A stretch of DNA of 12,378 bases from Armatimonadota bacterium (GCA_034722055.1 JAYENL010000079.1:1-12378); one strand, 5' to 3'; shown: positions 1 through 8,474, counted from the first letter of the stretch. Made by a program: numbers and translations. Notes: generated from the letters alone by a model not told the origin.

Positions 1-274
1 TGTAGCAGCGGCGGGAAACGGGCGCAATGGGCGGACGAGATGACAGGCAAACGACAGTACTGCGAAGCGCTGGCTGTGTGAGGCCCTAAGCGGCGCGGTC
101 GCTGGCGCTCACGTGGCGGAGCGGGGTGGCCGACCACCAGTGCTGCCGCGGCCCGGGCTTCCGCCCCGGCGCCTGAGCACCGCAGTCGCCTTGCCGGCGA
201 CGCGCAGGGCAGTGGGTCCGGCGGACGGAATAGTCTCCCCCGGTCGGTCATGCGATGCCGGAGGTTATGCGCGC

Positions 275-1078
275 ATGCGAATGGTGCGCGGTCTCGGCGG
301 TCAGTGGCGCAGACGCTACATGGGGGCAGCACTGCCCGTAGTCGTGTTCGCGTGTGCCCTCTGCCCTGCGGACACGGGGACGGTGACCTATCCGTCTGCC
401 GGCAACATCGAGATGCGGGAGGGCACCCTCGAGATGTGGGTCAGCATCCCCTTTGACGTGCAGGAGTACCTCCCGTCCGATGAGACCTATCAGGGCCTTC
501 TCGCCATCGCCCGCATCGAGGGCGAGCATGGTACGTTGAGCCTGGGATACTGCGCTGGCGCGATGATGAGGCCGGGGGCAGGGCTCTTCGCGAGTCTCGG
601 CTCTGACCTCGTGCAGCTTCACTCCCTCTCCGCCGGCCAGTTCACCCCCCTGCCGGGCGAATGGCACCACGTAGCCGTGACCTGGTCGGGCAATCGAGTG
701 CGATACTACGTGGACGGCGAGATGCGGGGGGAGCGGGTGACGCTCGCCCCGCTGGCTCAGGCGTTCGGGTCTGTGGGAGCCAAACCGCTGTTGCTTGGTG
801 ACCCGTGGGGCCGGAACGCGCGCATGGCGATCGACGAGCTGCGCGTCTCCTCCGTCGAGCGCGCACCCGAGGAGCTGGGGTGGCACGGCCGGCTGGAGGT
901 CGATCCCTACACCCGTATCCTCGATCGTTTCGACCAGACCTTCGAGATCGACGGCGAGACCCGTACCTCTCCGGAGGTGATCTTCGTCGGCGACGGCGGT
1001 CTGCCGAGCCGACACTGCCGGTTCATCGACGGCCGGTTTGGCGGGGCGCTGGCGCTCTACCTGGGAGGCGGGCAATGA
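275..1078 (+). CDS. Secreted LamG/concanavalin A-like jellyroll domain protein (~267 aa)
   Basis: ORF 113..1078 re-started at ATG 275 (GGAGG at 260-264); ATG 281 or 320 are alternatives. Basic then hydrophobic N-terminus resembles a signal peptide. LamG_3-type motifs: GTLEMWV, GEWHHVAVTW, YYVDG, IDELRVSSVER. Stop overlaps the next start (ATGA, 1075-1078). Confidence 0.8.
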   Translation: MRMVRGLGGQWRRRYMGAALPVVVFACALCPADTGTVTYPSAGNIEMREGTLEMWVSIPFDVQEYLPSDETYQGLLAIARIEGEHGTLSLGYCAGAMMRPGAGLFASLGSDLVQLHSLSAGQFTPLPGEWHHVAVTWSGNRVRYYVDGEMRGERVTLAPLAQAFGSVGAKPLLLGDPWGRNARMAIDELRVSSVERAPEELGWHGRLEVDPYTRILDRFDQTFEIDGETRTSPEVIFVGDGGLPSRHCRFIDGRFGGALALYLGGGQ

Positions 1079-4000
1079 GCGCCCGCAGGCCCTACGTTCA
1101 GGCGCTGCTTTTGCTGGCCTGGCTGGCGCCGGCGGGGGCACAACAGGAGACGGGTTTCGCGGACATGATGTCCCGGCAGCAGAGGCGGGACCATGTGCAG
1201 GCCTGGGCACGCTACGCCTTTATCGGCATTCCGCGCGCGACCGGCGGCCCAGTGGTGGACGGCCAGGTCGGCGTGCGCGAGTGGGGGTGTTCGGCCCAGG
1301 TGGCGCACGCTCTGCAGATGAGCACGGGGGTCGCGGTCCCCGACATGGTGCAGTTCCAGCTCTGCTATACCTCTGACACGTTCTTCGTGTCCTTTCGTGT
1401 CGAGCGTCCGGAATCGGCGCGAGTTCCATCGAGCCGCGACTTCTTCGAGCTGCTGCTTGACGTCGAGCACGATCATGACCGCTACCGCAACATCGCCGCC
1501 ACCCTTGAGGAGATTCTGTGGCACGGCATCGGGCCCAACCTCGATCGCTCCGCCTGGTCGCCGGATGTCGAGTATGTCGCGCGGACGACGTGGTTCGGCT
1601 GGGAGGGAGAGTTGGCTATCCCGTTCGTCGAGTTCGGTCTGGACGGGCCGCCCGAGCCGGGCACTGTCTGGGGCATCGACCTGCTGCGAAATGAGCGCAC
1701 CCCGACGGACCGGCTGGCGCAGGTCGGCTGGCGTTCCACATGGGCGGCCACAAAGGACCTTGCTCACATGGCCTTTCTCGGGCGCCCGCTTGCGGTACGG
1801 GTCGAGGAGATCGGCTGGATGCCCGGGATAAGGCAGATCGGCGCACGGGTCGCTGTCACCAACTTCAGCGACCAGCCGGTAAGCCTGGACGGTCTGGTGG
1901 AGCTGCGGCAAGCCGCGAGGGATCTGCCCATGGGCTTTCTCCCGGCGGTGGACTCGGCGCTGACGGAGGATCTCGATGCCGCCATCGGCTCCAACGCACG
2001 GGCGGAGGTGCAGACGGCCCTGGCTGAGTGGACGGTGCTCGAAAGGCAGGAGAGCGAGCTCACCGTCCCCGCCCGGACCACACAGCATCTGGGACTGGCT
2101 CGGCCGGACGAGCCGGGGGACTACCTGGTGTCCCTCGCTGTGCGGGACGATGAGGCGCTGCTGGCGGCGATGACCGTGCCCTTCGTGGTAACGGTGCCCC
2201 TCGATGTCAGCGTCAAGAGCTACCTGTTCAGCGCCTCCGCTGTGGACTGGACGGTGGATCTGCGACGGGTGCAGGACCTGATCGGCGAAGGGACTGCGCT
2301 CTCCGTGGCAGCCTCGCCCGTCGGGGGGGCCGAGACGGTGGATGCAGTTCGCCAGGACGAGCTAGGAGGATTGCGTGAGGTCAGCGGCACGCTGCGCTTC
2401 GATGCCACGCCCGGTGGAAGCTACGAGATAACGGCAGCGCTGCGCAGAGGCGAGGAGGAGCTCGCGCGCAGCACAACGGCCCTGTCGGTTCCACAGAAGC
2501 CGGAGTGGATCGGCAATCAGATCGGGCGCTCGAGGCTGATCCCGCCGCCGTGGGGGCCGCTGCAGGCCGACGAGGTCCGCACGCAATCGCTGACCGTAGG
2601 CTACGACTGGTCGAAGCCAGCGGTCCTGCCCGCCATCATCGTGAATGACCGTGCGCTGCTTGCGGGGCCCGCCCGACTGGTCCTGAGTGACGCCGAGGGA
2701 CAGGAGCAGCTCATGGCGGTCGATCGCTTCGAGCTTGTCGAGAGCGATGATCTGCACGCGGTGTATGAGATCGGGGCCGCGGCCGGTCATCTGGGCCGTG
2801 TGCGTGCCACAGTCACGGTGGAGTTCGATGGGTTCGCATGGTGGGATGTGACGCTCGAGCCGCACGAAGACGTCACGCTCGGCGGCTGTCGCCTGGAGGT
2901 GCCCCTGCGACCTGAGTATGCCAGGCTGTACACCCGCGGGCGCATGACCGAGGGCCTGGGCGATACCATGCCCCGGGACAGCGGCGTCGGGCGGCTGCCC
3001 GCCGAGGGGCTTGAGCTGCCGTACGTCTTCCAGGTCTGGATGGGATCGGTGGAAGCCGGTCTGCAGTTCTACTGCGAGAGCGCGCGGAACTGGCACAATG
3101 CAGACGACTCCCGGGCGATCCGCGTGATCCCGGGGGCGGACAGCGTCACGCTCCAGGTGCGCTTCGTAGACCGCCCGGTGGAAGTTCAGGGGCCGATGGA
3201 CTGGCACTTCGGCCTCATGCCCACCCCTGCCACGACCCGGGACGGCGGTCTGGAGGATCACGCGTACTTCCAGCTCGGCGGTGTCCCCGCCATGGATCCT
3301 CCGGATGAGGAGCTGCAGGAGACCGACCCGAGGCGCTACCGCGAGCTGCAGCACGGGCACGATCTCGTTCACTCCATACTGGCCGAGCGCGGGGTCAAGG
3401 CGGTCATCCTCTTCAGTTCCTACAACGACGTCTTCGGCTATCCCGGGGTCCGGGACCCCGACAAGCGGGACAAGCTGCGACGGTTCGTCGAGCTGATGCA
3501 CTCTCAGGGCATCAAGGTGCTTGTCTACGCCGGGTGGGGGATAAGCACGGAGGCGCCGGAATGGGAGCGATTCGGGAGTGAGCTGGTGAACCTGCCACTG
3601 CGCAACTCCGGCTACGGCACCTACTGGGCGAGCCCGGTGAGTCTGTTTCCCGACCTGTTCGTCTACCGGCTCGCTGAGCACATTCGCCAGTTCGACCTCG
3701 ACGGAATCTACATGGACAGCACCACCTCCATCAGCGGCTCACTGCACCCCAACGGGATGCGCTGGACGGATGAAGCCGGCAACCGGCGCGGCTCCTATCC
3801 GGTGCGCGCGATGCGTGATTTCACGCGCCGGATATACCGCGTGCTCAACGGTGAGGTGATCGAGGACGGCATCTTCTACAACCATCACTCACCACCCGCG
3901 AATGCGTGTGTCGAGAACTTCGTCACCGTCCGCTGCCCCAGCGAGTTCGCCCAGTTCCACGAGGGGCCGCTTGATGACGCGTTTATCGACTACTTCGTCG

Positions 4001-4518
4001 CCAAGAACGGCGGCGTGCCCTTCGGCTACCATACTGAACTTACCAACAAGAACTGGATGTCGGGGATCGAGAAGTCAATCGCGGAGCTCTACTCGGTCGC
4101 GCTGCCTCTGCAGGTGTCCTTCAAGGCCGTGAACTTCGCCCCCTGGGCCACGCACGACTACTCGCGAATGGCCCAGCCGATGCACGTGGTATGGGACGCC
4201 ATGGCGTGGGTGGACAGCTCCTCGGCGCAGTATCTCCCCTGGTGGGATAACGAGGACTACATCAGCATCGAGCCGACCGACGGGACACTCAGCGCAATCT
4301 GGCTGCAGCCGGGTGAGCGGGCGCTGGTGTGCGTATCAAACCTACCTGACCAGGAACGCGAGTTAACTGTCCGACTTGACCTGGAGCGGATGGGCCTTGG
4401 CGATGCCACGGTCGAGGATGCGATAGTAGGTGAGTCGGTGCCGCTCACCGACGGCACGGTGACCGTGACCATCGAGCCGCAGCGGTGGCGGCTGTGGAAG
4501 GTGCAGGGCGGCCGGTAG
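1075..4518 (+). CDS. Large secreted putative glycoside hydrolase (~1147 aa): N-terminal CBM9-like sugar-binding domain, DUF6067/GH123-N-like middle region, TIM-barrel-like catalytic region
   Basis: ORF 805..4518 re-started at ATG 1075 (GGAGG at 1064-1068; ATGA coupling). Signal peptide MSARRPYVQALLLLAWLAPAGA/QQ. CBM9-like motif WEGELAIPFVEFG..P.PGTVWGIDLLR. Motifs VTVEFDGFAWW, GLQFYCESARNW and FGLMPTP. Barrel-like LRRFVELMHSQGIKVLVY and DGIYMD. Substrate unknown. Confidence 0.72.
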   Translation: MSARRPYVQALLLLAWLAPAGAQQETGFADMMSRQQRRDHVQAWARYAFIGIPRATGGPVVDGQVGVREWGCSAQVAHALQMSTGVAVPDMVQFQLCYTSDTFFVSFRVERPESARVPSSRDFFELLLDVEHDHDRYRNIAATLEEILWHGIGPNLDRSAWSPDVEYVARTTWFGWEGELAIPFVEFGLDGPPEPGTVWGIDLLRNERTPTDRLAQVGWRSTWAATKDLAHMAFLGRPLAVRVEEIGWMPGIRQIGARVAVTNFSDQPVSLDGLVELRQAARDLPMGFLPAVDSALTEDLDAAIGSNARAEVQTALAEWTVLERQESELTVPARTTQHLGLARPDEPGDYLVSLAVRDDEALLAAMTVPFVVTVPLDVSVKSYLFSASAVDWTVDLRRVQDLIGEGTALSVAASPVGGAETVDAVRQDELGGLREVSGTLRFDATPGGSYEITAALRRGEEELARSTTALSVPQKPEWIGNQIGRSRLIPPPWGPLQADEVRTQSLTVGYDWSKPAVLPAIIVNDRALLAGPARLVLSDAEGQEQLMAVDRFELVESDDLHAVYEIGAAAGHLGRVRATVTVEFDGFAWWDVTLEPHEDVTLGGCRLEVPLRPEYARLYTRGRMTEGLGDTMPRDSGVGRLPAEGLELPYVFQVWMGSVEAGLQFYCESARNWHNADDSRAIRVIPGADSVTLQVRFVDRPVEVQGPMDWHFGLMPTPATTRDGGLEDHAYFQLGGVPAMDPPDEELQETDPRRYRELQHGHDLVHSILAERGVKAVILFSSYNDVFGYPGVRDPDKRDKLRRFVELMHSQGIKVLVYAGWGISTEAPEWERFGSELVNLPLRNSGYGTYWASPVSLFPDLFVYRLAEHIRQFDLDGIYMDSTTSISGSLHPNGMRWTDEAGNRRGSYPVRAMRDFTRRIYRVLNGEVIEDGIFYNHHSPPANACVENFVTVRCPSEFAQFHEGPLDDAFIDYFVAKNGGVPFGYHTELTNKNWMSGIEKSIAELYSVALPLQVSFKAVNFAPWATHDYSRMAQPMHVVWDAMAWVDSSSAQYLPWWDNEDYISIEPTDGTLSAIWLQPGERALVCVSNLPDQERELTVRLDLERMGLGDATVEDAIVGESVPLTDGTVTVTIEPQRWRLWKVQGGR

Positions 4519-4524
4519 CAGTGG

Positions 4525-5325
4525 CGAAGCAGCGAGACAGCGGAGACTGCTGAGCCACCGCGACTACCGTGACGATCTGGCGGAGATGGGCGACCGCGTT
4601 TACACCAAAGCGTGATGATCTGCCCCGGAGTCCCGCCGCGCCCGATTGCGCAAAGCGGTGTTGTCATTGACAAGGTGCCGGCGGGCGCGGGCTACCTCCC
4701 GGAGCAGTCTGGTGTCGTCGTCGGGTATCCGGACCCGGTAGGTGTCCAGGAGGCCGCGCGCGAGCGCCATGGCGATAGCCTCCGCATCCAACCGATCGCT
4801 TTTGGAAGTCTTCATGCCCTGGACGAAGCGGTTGCTCCTGGACGGATCGACCATAACGACCTCGAAGCCGCAGTATTAGAGCTCTCTGGCGACGAAGAGG
4901 GACTTGCCGCCACCGGCTTCAAGCGCAACGCGCGTGCCCTCTGTGGCAAAAGGCGCCAGGAACTGGGCGAGCTGTCCGGTGGGAACATCCTTTGGTCGCT
5001 TGCGAACTCCGCAGCTGAGGTGGTCGGCAATCGCTACGGTCGTATTGCGGTCATGAACGTCCAGTCCGATACAGATCATCTTCGGTCCGCTGTACCATCT
5101 CACCAGGCCCTCACGTGCGCGTCTGGACGCGGAGCGGCTCTAACCGCGTCTATCCGGAGGATGCCGCGCCATCTACGGCCCCGCGGCCGGCAACCAGGAG
5201 GCGTGAGCGGGCCAGCACCTGCGGGGCCTCTCGCAGGGAAAGGCTCTGGGCGACGCGCTGGGGCTGGAGTGCCGGGCTGGGCCATGCTCTGAGCGGAGCA
5301 ACCGCCTCAACTTCTGAGCCTCGAC
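4525..5325 (-). mobile_element. Degenerate IS110-family element (boundaries approximate)
   Basis: Transposase remnant plus ~245 bp of non-coding 5' end with hairpins, lying antisense between two + strand genes. IS110 elements typically lack long terminal IRs, so the ends cannot be fixed from this sequence alone. Confidence 0.6.
4600..5079 (-). pseudogene. IS110-family (DEDD RuvC-like) transposase/recombinase pseudogene
   Basis: ORFs 4876..5103 and 4600..4854 are in the same frame, separated by one TAA at 4878-4876 (...ARE-L-*-YCGFEVVMVDP...). DEDD motifs IGLDVH, VALEA and KSDRLDAEAIA are present, followed by the start of the coiled coil (LREVARARRHLV...LRNR). Likely start ATG 5079. The C-terminal domain is largely missing. 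Confidence 0.9.
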
Positions 5326-5343
5326 TGTCACGGAGAGCGTGAC

Positions 5344-6930
5344 ATGAACAGGACTGCAGCGCTTGCCATCGCGTGCGTCATGGCGTTGTTCGGAGCTTGG
5401 GCTGAAGGTGCCGAACGTTACGTCGCGCCGGATGGCAGTCCGGACAACGACGGGACCCGCGCCGCCCCGTGGTCTCTGGCCCAAGCGAACACGGCTGCCG
5501 GGCCCGGCGACGTGCTGCTACTGTTACCGGGCAGCTATGACACACCGCTGGCACCCGCCGCCAGCGGGGAGCCGGGGAACCCCATCACATTCAGAGCGGT
5601 TGAGGAGCATCAGGCCGTTCTCGGCGCGGGACCGACCGCGCGCATTGCCGCCATCGACGTATCACAACGCGGGCACATCGTCATCGAGGGCATGGCCGTC
5701 CGGGACGTCAAACGTTTCATCGTGGCGATCGGAAGCCATCACATCACCATCAGCAACTGCTGGTTCGAGAGCGGTTCGGGATGGGAATCATGCCGCTTCC
5801 GAGAGAGCGGTGACAGCATCCGTCTTCTCGGGAACGTGTTCCGCAACGGCACGGACCTGGTGAGCATCGAGGGCGGGCGTTTCCACCATATCGAGAGCAA
5901 CCTATTCGACCGGGCCAACCACACGTGCCTTACGCTGATGGCCGTCGAGAACTCCGTGATCCGCAGAAACACCTTCCGCAACGACCTGATGAAGCTCGTG
6001 GAGGTCTTCGCGGGCCGAGAAGGCCGGCCTGTCGCCGGCAGGCCTACGCGGCACACGCTCTTCGAGGGGAACCACTTCGCCCACACCGCCGACTACACCA
6101 AATCCGGCAGCTCGTCAGTCTGCATGACGCTGTCGGGCAAGTCAGTCATTGTCCGCCGCAACCTCGTGACGGATTGCCAGGCGGGCTTCTACCTGTTCCT
6201 GAACCGGGGCAACATCGAGTCCAACACCTGTGAGGGCAACCGCATCTGCCACAACGTCGTTTACGGCTGCGGTCACGGAGGGGCCTTCAAGTACAACGGC
6301 CTGGCGTTCATTGTCTGTGGGACAGGGGCGACCTTCGGCGACAACATCGCGGTGAACAACGTGATCTTCGGCAATCGCCACGCGGATGGGCGGCATTTCC
6401 AGGGCTTCCCCGCCACAACGCAGATCGGCTATCACGCCGGCGCGCTTCCGAAGGACCTGCAGCTATTCAGCAACGTGATCGTCAGCGAGAGGCCCAGCGA
6501 ACCGGTTATTGCATCCATCACCTCCGGCAGACGGCAGTACACGCTTGCCGAGTTCGAGCACGCTCACCCTGCAGCCGCCGCCGGGAATGTCAATCTCGAT
6601 CCGGGCTTCGTCGACGCGGACAACTATGACTTCCGGCTGCGCGACACCAGCCCATGTATCGACGCCGGCCGTCCGCTCACGACGGCAGTGGAGGCTGGGC
6701 AGGGAACGCTGCTGCGGGTGGGCGACGCCACCTGGTTCACCGATGGCTATGGCGTGATCGAGGGCGATATGGTCCGGGTCGGCGAGCAGCGGGCGAGAGT
6801 GGTCCAGGCCGACTATGCGGCCGGAACTCTGACGCTCGATGAGCCGTTGCGGTGGACGGCGGGCAGCGGTGTCAGCTTGGACTATCACGGCAAGGCGCCC
6901 GACATCGGTGCGGTGGAGATGGGACACTGA
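5344..6930 (+). CDS. Secreted right-handed parallel beta-helix (pectin-lyase fold) protein, 528 aa
   Basis: GGAG at 5332-5335. Signal peptide MNRTAALAIACVMALFGAWAEGA. N-terminal YVAPDGSPDNDGT..APW...AGPGD.LLL.PG.Y motif. Repeated 'I.NC.F / I..N.F' beta-helix rungs. C-terminal DPGFVD...DFRLR..SPCIDAG and G.APDIGA.E motifs. Confidence 0.85.
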   Translation: MNRTAALAIACVMALFGAWAEGAERYVAPDGSPDNDGTRAAPWSLAQANTAAGPGDVLLLLPGSYDTPLAPAASGEPGNPITFRAVEEHQAVLGAGPTARIAAIDVSQRGHIVIEGMAVRDVKRFIVAIGSHHITISNCWFESGSGWESCRFRESGDSIRLLGNVFRNGTDLVSIEGGRFHHIESNLFDRANHTCLTLMAVENSVIRRNTFRNDLMKLVEVFAGREGRPVAGRPTRHTLFEGNHFAHTADYTKSGSSSVCMTLSGKSVIVRRNLVTDCQAGFYLFLNRGNIESNTCEGNRICHNVVYGCGHGGAFKYNGLAFIVCGTGATFGDNIAVNNVIFGNRHADGRHFQGFPATTQIGYHAGALPKDLQLFSNVIVSERPSEPVIASITSGRRQYTLAEFEHAHPAAAAGNVNLDPGFVDADNYDFRLRDTSPCIDAGRPLTTAVEAGQGTLLRVGDATWFTDGYGVIEGDMVRVGEQRARVVQADYAAGTLTLDEPLRWTAGSGVSLDYHGKAPDIGAVEMGH

Positions 6931-7307
6931 GGAGAGACGGGCACCTTACGCCCCCGTTGGCTACACCATGGGCGCTGACCGACCTACACGCTGGCCGGGT
7001 GGCCCCGAGGGGAACCCTCCTGCCCAGCGCGAATCGCTGCCTGAGTACGTGAGCGACGCAGCCGCAGGTTGGAGCAGTAGCCGGTGACCGGCGCAAAGCA
7101 GTTCGCAGTCCAAGGCCGTGCTGGTGCCAAGCCAGTCTCCAGCGGGGCACTTCCACAGTCTGGCTCTCCGTGCATTCGGCGCTGGGCAGGCGAAGCGGCC
7201 TGGCGGGGTCGATGAGGTTTGGCTTCCTGAACGGCCAGAAAGGTTCTGGGGTACTCATGCCGAACCAGCAGATGGAGCCGCAGGACGATGGAACAGACTT
7301 ACTGTGG

Positions 7308-7397
7308 ACACAGCCCTACTTATGCATGCATTTCTGTGTACAGTGGGCAAACTTACGTCCTCATCTCGGGGAAAAGTGCCCTTAGAGAGGGCTGTGT
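7308..7397. repeat. 10-bp perfect inverted repeat bounding a 90-bp, relatively AT-rich segment
   Basis: ACACAGCCCT (7308-7317) / AGGGCTGTGT (7388-7397), with nested GGGCA (7345-7349) / TGCCC (7377-7381). Confidence 0.6.
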
Positions 7398-7469
7398 ATG
7401 TTGATATCGTCCGAACTCGATGCAACCGCAATCCTCATGAAGGCCTCCGCGTCGCTGCGCGTCAGTCGC

Positions 7470-8420
7470 TCAGTGGGCGCGTTGCGCAGATGTCCGCCTT
7501 ATGTAGTAGGTGTGGCCTTCGTAATCGGTCTCGACAAGCTTATCCTGGTCGATCAGTTCCTCGATCGCAGCCCAGTCAGCGCCGGTGCGCTCCAGCACGT
7601 TTTGCACCGCCTGCTGGCGCATCGGATGAACGGCAGTGATGCTCAGTATGTCCTCGGCCACGTTGCCGGTGGAGGCGAATGCATTCCCTTCGTAGCCGAT
7701 CAGGTACTCAGCACCGGCAACCGCCCCCGCGATGATCTGGTAGTAGCGGTTGATGGTGTGCTCACTGGGCAGGCGCACCCAGTCCTCCGCCGGAGGCCGC
7801 GTCGGGATGGACACGTAGGCCTTGGCGGGGGAGAGATCGCTCAGGAAGTCGGCCACCTCTGTGGCATGGCCGTCGCTGTCGTTGAGGTCGGCGACGAGCA
7901 TCGTCTCGGTCGCAAGCTCTCCGGTGAAGGCCTCCGCAAACTTCAGGAGGCCATCAAGGATGGTGTCAAGATCAAGGGATCGATGGGGCCGGTTGTGCCT
8001 GCGCCAAGTCTCCTCTCGCACCGTGTCAACCTTCACCGACACCCAGTCGGCCCTCATTAGCTCCTCCGCGACATCCGGCCGCGAGACCAGGGACGCGTTG
8101 GTGATAACGGCGATCTTCCTACCGAGAGGGCGCAGCATCTCTATCTCCTCGCCGAGATGGATGTCCAGAGTTGGCTCGCCATCCGGCACCAGCGTGAGAT
8201 AGTCGATGCGCTCCCCCGCCGCGGTTGCCCGTTCGACGCTCTCCGTGACCTCTGCGCTAATCTCGTCAGGGTCGTAGAACGTGGTGCGCTCTGACTGCAT
8301 CTTCAGTGTGCGACCCACCTGGCAGTACACGCATGAGTAGGTGCAGGCTTTCGGCGGGATGTTGTTGATACCCAGGCTCTGTCCGAGGCGTCTCGACGGA
8401 ACCGGTCCGTACGCGATCAT
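7470..8420 (-). CDS. Radical SAM protein, COG0731 (TYW1/wyosine-synthase-like Fe-S oxidoreductase) family, ~316 aa
   Basis: Family signature YGPVPSRRLGQSLGIN, CxxxCxxC motif (CTYSCVYC), DGEPTL, AVITNASL. Start re-placed at ATG 8420 with GGAGG 8 nt upstream. Actual reaction not inferable. Confidence 0.88.
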   Translation of the reverse strand: MIAYGPVPSRRLGQSLGINNIPPKACTYSCVYCQVGRTLKMQSERTTFYDPDEISAEVTESVERATAAGERIDYLTLVPDGEPTLDIHLGEEIEMLRPLGRKIAVITNASLVSRPDVAEELMRADWVSVKVDTVREETWRRHNRPHRSLDLDTILDGLLKFAEAFTGELATETMLVADLNDSDGHATEVADFLSDLSPAKAYVSIPTRPPAEDWVRLPSEHTINRYYQIIAGAVAGAEYLIGYEGNAFASTGNVAEDILSITAVHPMRQQAVQNVLERTGADWAAIEELIDQDKLVETDYEGHTYYIRRTSAQRAH

Positions 8421-8474
8421 CGGCTTGGCCTCCCTCACGTCAGTAGCGGGATGTGCAGACCCGTCCAGGTGAGG

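Noticed and set aside
1..81. Open frame ending at TGA 79-81 as the tail of an upstream gene
   Set aside because: Only 26 codons with no recognisable motif; cannot be supported.
1159..1176. GCGGA-CATGATGT-CCCGG as another micro-insert
   Set aside because: The right arm matches only 3 of 5, the flanks differ, and there is no sign of disruption in the ORF.
248..3681. Long minus-strand ORFs 248..1210, 1057..2088 and 2362..3681
   Set aside because: Antisense shadows of well-supported + strand genes, as expected in high-GC DNA.
4876..4878. In-frame stop in the IS110 gene as recoding
   Set aside because: It is TAA (not a Sec or Pyl codon) and the gene has other lesions; a simple nonsense mutation fits.
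4612..5292. 226-aa + strand ORF over the IS110 remnant
   Set aside because: Antisense shadow of the transposase frame; no recognisable motifs or RBS.
4546..5320. Direct repeat ACT(G/T)CTGAGCC at 4546-4556 and 5310-5320 as IS110 ends or target duplication
   Set aside because: The left copy appears to lie within decayed transposase coding sequence, and IS110 elements do not usually make long duplications. Cannot be excluded without an empty-site allele.
6872..7639. ORFs 6872..7258 (-), 7118..7639 (+) and 7170..7385 (+) in the long intergenic region
   Set aside because: No recognisable domain or convincing RBS; two overlap neighbouring genes.
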